Below are positions 16,196-20,781 of a DNA stretch of 20,781 nt, one piece after another. The notes under the pieces are model-generated. The model was not told the DNA's origin. It worked only from the letters and a program-made list of their open reading frames with translations, and ran no database searches. Source of the DNA: Candidatus Thorarchaeota archaeon (GTDB lineage Archaea > Asgardarchaeota > Thorarchaeia > Thorarchaeales > Thorarchaeaceae); contig JAEORO010000123.1 in assembly GCA_016840855.1 (NCBI GenBank), forward strand, positions 1-20,781, written 5' to 3'. Each line of letters starts with the position of its first letter. Within the stretch, counting starts at the first letter, position 1. The position numbers and the translations under genes were made by a program.

Positions 16196-17914
16196 ATGGA
16201 TCCAACATTGGGTTTTATTCTAATTATTCTACCTATAATTCTGGCACTATTACTTCTTGTTTACTTCAAAAAAGCAGCTGATACTACTGGTGTTGTAGTA
16301 TGGATTACCACTATTGTGATTGCTATTCTCGCTTTTCAGACAGATGTTGGCGTTGTCCTTACAGCGAGTTTAGCGGGTATCGTTCGTTCTTTTCCTATCT
16401 CTCTGATGGTCGCAACATCAATTCTAATGATGACCTATATGCAAGAAACTGGTGCTCTGCAGAGACTAATTGTTTTCTTTAAGACACTAGGAGGCGGAAA
16501 TCGTCCAATGCAGATTTTAATAATAAGCTTCGGGCTTGGATTATTTCTGGTTGGGATTGGAGCTACTCCAGTGTCAATGCTTCCTCCAGTAATGTTAGCT
16601 CTCGGTTTTTCACCATTGGTTTCAGTTGCGCTTCCATCCATAGGATATGACCCCCTTACGACTTTTGCATTACTCGGCGTTCCTGCTCAGGTATTTTCTG
16701 ATGTCTATTCAGGGGTTTCAGGAAGTCCATTAGAGCTCTGGTTTGCTGGGACAGTGTTTGCTTCTTTCATGCCTATCGTTTCAGTAGGAATAGCAATAGC
16801 TATGCTATGGATTGCAGGTGGAAGGAAATTGTTGCTTAATAAACAAGGACTTTTCGTTGCCATTATTGCTGGTCTAACCGCTGGCATAACTGCTATAATC
16901 TGCAACCTACAGATAGTCAATTTGACCCGACTTACTAATGTTATAGCTGGAGCTGCTGTTCTTGGAGTTCTGTTTGCATACAATAAGTCTTCAAAGAAAC
17001 CATTTATAGATAGAACTCAACTTGATGAGAAGGATTTGGATACTGAAAGAACAATGAGCCTCTGGCGAGCTAGTATCCCTTGGGTCATTTTAGTAATTCT
17101 CTCATTAATCACGACTCTTATTGAGCCAATCAAAATTCTTCTCGCAAGTACACTTGATTATGTAGTCAATTTTGGTCAATATCAGACAGCTGATTTCATG
17201 ATTCGTGATTTGACTATCAGTACAAAATTCCTCTGGCAGGCATATACGCTCATGTTAATTGCCACCATAGTGTCAATGCCTTTCTTCAAGAACGATAAAC
17301 AAGTGTTGAAGAACACATACACAAAATTCCTCAAACGAGCACCTCGTCCTGTTCTTGCTGCCGCTATCTTTTTTGCAATGGCTGAAGTGATGAACTTCAG
17401 CGGATTTGTACCAGATTTGAGTGGAGTTTGGATTTTTCCAACTGATCCTACGAACAATATGGTCTATCTCTTAGCTTCCTTAACTTCAGCGACTCTTGGA
17501 ACAGCATATCCTCTCACTGCCGCATTCCTTGGTTTGTTGGCTGGATTTATTTCAGGTTCTGAAACTTCTGCTATTGCAATGTTCACTAATTATCACTATC
17601 AAGCAAGTCTTGCTATTGGAGCCAACACGATCGTTGTTTCAGCATCAAATGGGATAGGTGGAGGGCTAGCGAGTGTACTGAGTCCAGCTAAGATACAAAA
17701 TGCAGCCGCTGTCATTGATGAGATTGGTATTGAAGGAGATGTGATTCGCTATGGATTGGTTGTAGCGGTTTTGATGACACTTGTAACTGCAATTATGACC
17801 CTGCTGTGGGCATTCCCTCTAAGCATAATTACAGTGACAATTGCTGCAAGTACAATCATAGCAGTTATTCTGATTGGAAGTCTAATCTATTGGTTGAAAA
17901 AACCACGTGCATAG
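16196..17914 (+). CDS. lctP: L-lactate permease (LctP)-like transporter
   Basis: Many hydrophobic segments, with LctP-like motifs ETGAL..L, LALGFSPL, FALLGVP, LAGFISGSETSA.AMF, GGGLASVLSPAKIQ. The substrate is not established. Confidence 0.78.
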   Translation: MDPTLGFILIILPIILALLLLVYFKKAADTTGVVVWITTIVIAILAFQTDVGVVLTASLAGIVRSFPISLMVATSILMMTYMQETGALQRLIVFFKTLGGGNRPMQILIISFGLGLFLVGIGATPVSMLPPVMLALGFSPLVSVALPSIGYDPLTTFALLGVPAQVFSDVYSGVSGSPLELWFAGTVFASFMPIVSVGIAIAMLWIAGGRKLLLNKQGLFVAIIAGLTAGITAIICNLQIVNLTRLTNVIAGAAVLGVLFAYNKSSKKPFIDRTQLDEKDLDTERTMSLWRASIPWVILVILSLITTLIEPIKILLASTLDYVVNFGQYQTADFMIRDLTISTKFLWQAYTLMLIATIVSMPFFKNDKQVLKNTYTKFLKRAPRPVLAAAIFFAMAEVMNFSGFVPDLSGVWIFPTDPTNNMVYLLASLTSATLGTAYPLTAAFLGLLAGFISGSETSAIAMFTNYHYQASLAIGANTIVVSASNGIGGGLASVLSPAKIQNAAAVIDEIGIEGDVIRYGLVVAVLMTLVTAIMTLLWAFPLSIITVTIAASTIIAVILIGSLIYWLKKPRA

Positions 17915-17921
17915 CAGTCGC

Positions 17922-18263
17922 TTATAATTTATCGATTTTCGCAGCTAGAATGAAATCATTGTCAAACAAGCCATTGATTGCATGAGTCCAAAGTGTGAGA
18001 GTAACCTTATTCCATTGGATGAAAATATCTGGATGATGACCTTCCTCTTCTGCAATCTCAGCAACTTTGTTCACAAACACCATAGCTTCTTTGAAATTCT
18101 TAAATTTGAAGAGCTTCTCTATCTTGTCAACATCCCCTGCTGACTTTGTCCAACCTGATACTGCATCAAGCATCAATTTCACTTTCTCTTGTTCCATAGG
18201 CGGCACGCCCCCTCGGCATGGAACGCATTTTAATGAAGCAAGTTCATTCTCTCTTATTGTCAT
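17922..18263 (-). CDS. phhB: Pterin-4-alpha-carbinolamine dehydratase
   Basis: F.FKNF.EAM.FVNKVA.IAEEEGHHPDI, LWTH, GL..NDFILAAKID, N-terminal CVPC. Confidence 0.95.
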   Translation of the reverse strand: MTIRENELASLKCVPCRGGVPPMEQEKVKLMLDAVSGWTKSAGDVDKIEKLFKFKNFKEAMVFVNKVAEIAEEEGHHPDIFIQWNKVTLTLWTHAINGLFDNDFILAAKIDKL

Positions 18264-18352
18264 TGTCTATGGCTTCCTGTTAACTATTGTTTTTCTAGAG
18301 TTCGAACGTGTTAAATCCTTGCATAGGGATATAGAGTTCAGGAGGAGATTGA

Positions 18353-18775
18353 ATGTCTCAAAATGAAAATCAAAAGTTAGTGGAATCTGGAAAAATACTA
18401 GGAAGCATGTATGGTTCACTTATCATCTTCTTCGCAGTTCTATTTTTCCTTGGATTTATGGCATTCTCATCATTGCCGTCATGGGCTGCTGAGAGAAGCT
18501 TCATCTTAATATGGTCAGTCGGAGTATTCATAGTCATTCTCGGTGCTGAGCTTGGCAGAGTGTTGTTTAAATCTGGAGTGACAGTTGTTGGCTTCTTTGG
18601 ACTTCTTGCACTTAACTTACTAATGATTGTTCTAGGTCTTGCTGTCTATGTAGATGTAGTACTTCCAACTGCAAGCGATGTGACCATTCAATGGGTTTTG
18701 GTTCTCTTGGTTGCTACTATTGTGTGGTATTTCGTTCTCTGTTTGCTCTTGTTCAGGGAGAGAAGACGCGGATAG
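18353..18775 (+). CDS. Hypothetical membrane protein (4 predicted TM helices)
   Basis: AGGAGG-like SD (AGGAG) precedes the ATG. Four ~20-aa hydrophobic stretches and a basic C-terminus (RERRRG). Confidence 0.75.
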   Translation: MSQNENQKLVESGKILGSMYGSLIIFFAVLFFLGFMAFSSLPSWAAERSFILIWSVGVFIVILGAELGRVLFKSGVTVVGFFGLLALNLLMIVLGLAVYVDVVLPTASDVTIQWVLVLLVATIVWYFVLCLLLFRERRRG

Positions 18776-18787
18776 TATCGATATTGT

Positions 18788-20188
18788 CTACATTAAAGCT
18801 GAGAGCGTGCTAAGAATCATCTCATATCGATGATTAGCGGCAACTTTCCATAACCATGTGACTTCAACCAAGAAGTCAACATTGTATAATTCATCCAAAA
18901 TACTAAGAGCATAGCTACTTGTGAAGCTCTCGTTCAAATGTGAAATAGGGTCAATAATCGAAAGAGGTTCACCAAGCTGTTCTCTAAATTGCCTAAATTG
19001 CATGAAATCTATTGAACTGTTCATTTCTGCATTGACAACATTCTTCCAAGTTAAGGTTAGATTATCCAATGCTGAAAATACAGTCGAATTGAAATAATAC
19101 CAGAGAGCGAAATCTTCAGATGATATCCATTCTGTCACGCCCGGTCCTCCTGATCTCATGGTCCAATTAAATTCCTCATATTTATTCATGTTAAATCCTT
19201 CGTCATTATCGAAAGCTTCACGACGAACAGGTAACTTATCAGATTCATCTAATATCCAAAGAGCTTGACCTTCTGGTGAAAGCAGATAATCTATGAAGAC
19301 CTCAGATTGGGATTGTTGTGTGGTGCCATCTGCTATCGCAATCAGGTCTGGTTGCACAACTATCATGTTCTGTAAATGACATCTCCGAAAAGGCCATAGC
19401 GGCGTTTCATATGCTTGACCGTCGAAGAATGTCAGTGCTATCGCGGTTTCATAACCAAGAAGAGCATTTAGAGCATCTTCATCGTCTTCGTAAAATCGTG
19501 AATTGCTATACATGAGTGTTAGATTCTGAATACCATTCTTCCACCCTAATTTCTTAGTGACAACATTTTGAAACTGGTGTTCAATAGAAAGTTTCTCTGG
19601 AACAACCAATCCAATCAGTGACTCATTCATTCCGCTAGGACAAAAATCAGCAGATGCAAGGTCTTCAACTGTTTCCGGAATTGAAAGATCGTATGCTTGA
19701 AGAAGGACTTCATTGACGAACAATTCGAAGGTGGTAACTCTGAGTGCATAAGCACACCAGATTGGTAGCCCCTCGGAATATCTCTTCATTAGCACACCTG
19801 CTATTGTTTGGCTAACTCCAGATGTCGCTGTGGTCGCTATTGGTCTTAGAGAGTTTGAACTTTCAAGAGCAGGCAAGTCTTGTAATGTGCCAAGAATAAG
19901 ATCTATTTCACCGGAAAGCGCATAATTGCTCCAAAAACTACTATCGACAGATTCCCATTCGATATCAATTATGTTGTTTTCTACAGCATAAGCACTATGA
20001 AGAAATCCGTACTCTATCTCGTTGACAATTGAAACGTCATAACGTGTAAGAATTCGTAAGGTTGTACCTGGGTTATATTGCGGCAATAGATATGGAATTA
20101 CGATGATAAGCGCAGATATGATGATTCCAATGATTAGAAGTGTATCAACTGTTCTACTCCTTGAAATCTTTCCTCTCAATACAGACAT
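18788..20188 (-). CDS. Membrane-anchored ABC-type substrate-binding protein (Fe3+/thiamine-binding-like), divergent
   Basis: N-terminal TM anchor, LRILTRYD, VNEVLL...L.IPETVEDLA, PDLIAI, and the class II SBP C-terminal motif FIDYLLSPEGQ..W....LPVR. Confidence 0.72.
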   Translation of the reverse strand: MSVLRGKISRSRTVDTLLIIGIIISALIIVIPYLLPQYNPGTTLRILTRYDVSIVNEIEYGFLHSAYAVENNIIDIEWESVDSSFWSNYALSGEIDLILGTLQDLPALESSNSLRPIATTATSGVSQTIAGVLMKRYSEGLPIWCAYALRVTTFELFVNEVLLQAYDLSIPETVEDLASADFCPSGMNESLIGLVVPEKLSIEHQFQNVVTKKLGWKNGIQNLTLMYSNSRFYEDDEDALNALLGYETAIALTFFDGQAYETPLWPFRRCHLQNMIVVQPDLIAIADGTTQQSQSEVFIDYLLSPEGQALWILDESDKLPVRREAFDNDEGFNMNKYEEFNWTMRSGGPGVTEWISSEDFALWYYFNSTVFSALDNLTLTWKNVVNAEMNSSIDFMQFRQFREQLGEPLSIIDPISHLNESFTSSYALSILDELYNVDFLVEVTWLWKVAANHRYEMILSTLSALM

Positions 20189-20320
20189 ATCCCTGCCAGT
20201 TTATCCTTGAAGCTTAATGAAATAAATGAATTGATATCAAATTAGAGAAGGTTAAATGTGAGTAAGCTAGAATGCTATAGCAGTTGACGATTCAGCATCA
20301 TTGAAAGATGTGTTGTCCTG

Positions 20321-20781
20321 ATGTCAAAAGGCAATCTGACATATTGGCGCGGGAGTAGTTTCTACATCAACCCGACATCTAAGTGTGTGAACGAATGTTT
20401 GTTCTGTGTAAGACAGTTTGGCGAAGGTGTATTTGGTTTTAATTTGGTACTCAAAGAAGATCCAAGTCCTCAAGAACTCGTGGAAGCGATTGAGAACAGC
20501 TGGGCCTCAAAATTTGATGATGTTGCTATTGTTGGTTTTGGTGAGCCACTACTCAACCTTGATGCTGTTCTGGCTGCAATCAGAAAGCTCAAACAACTGA
20601 CTGTTGTCCCAATTAGAATGAATACTGATGGACAAGCTCATCTGCTGTATCCCTCCCGTGATGTTGCTAATGAGCTTGCAGACGCTGGTTTAGACCGCAT
20701 TCAGATCTCTCTTAACGCACAAGATCCTGAAACATATTTTCGGTTGTGCAAACCCAAATTTGGAAGAGGCGCTTTTGAATC
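20321..20781 (+). CDS. Radical SAM protein, TatD-associated family-like; 3'-truncated by the window edge and absent from the ORF track
   Basis: Manual translation: MSKGNLTYWRGSSFYINPTSKCVNECLFCVRQF...VGFGEPLL...IRMNTDGQ...LDRIQISLNA..PETY..LCKP.FG. It carries CxxxCxxC and GEP motifs. Confidence 0.88.
   Translation, partial: MSKGNLTYWRGSSFYINPTSKCVNECLFCVRQFGEGVFGFNLVLKEDPSPQELVEAIENSWASKFDDVAIVGFGEPLLNLDAVLAAIRKLKQLTVVPIRMNTDGQAHLLYPSRDVANELADAGLDRIQISLNAQDPETYFRLCKPKFGRGAFE

Noticed and set aside
718-19515. Numerous 60-134-aa ORFs nested in or antisense to the main CDSs (e.g. 2552-2956, 4373-4693, 8359-8682, 18067-18366)
   Set aside because: They overlap well-supported genes and have no motifs; they are typical shadow ORFs.
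20418-20600. 60-aa plus-strand ORF in the track
   Set aside because: It is an out-of-frame shadow inside the radical SAM CDS starting at 20321.
1-20781. tRNA, rRNA, CRISPR array or IS element
   Set aside because: Intergenic spaces are all about 210 bp or less, and I saw no cloverleaf, repeat-spacer pattern or transposase by eye; a covariance-model scan was not run.

Overview
Gene-dense archaeal window with about 19 CDSs and no rRNA, tRNA, CRISPR array or mobile element that I could detect. It has a type-2 IPP isomerase, an ADP-forming acyl-CoA synthetase, BRE/TATA-like promoters and several TPR/WD40 proteins; this content suggests an Asgard-type (possibly Thorarchaeia-like) genome, which is inference only. 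Most genes are metabolic or housekeeping: fni, acdA-like, ridA, carbamate kinase, enoyl-CoA hydratase, a sirtuin, an SDR, a lactate permease-like transporter, a pterin dehydratase, an ABC binding protein and a truncated radical SAM gene missed by the ORF track. The standout is a tightly coupled minus-strand three-gene operon (7299->2118). It encodes an 896-aa all-helical protein, a divergent tubulin/FtsZ-superfamily GTPase with hybrid motifs and a ~50-aa acidic insertion, and a 355-aa helical protein. It is transcribed divergently from a gene for a WD40 beta-propeller + MIT-like + helical protein. Together these form a candidate uncharacterised cytoskeletal or membrane-remodelling system.
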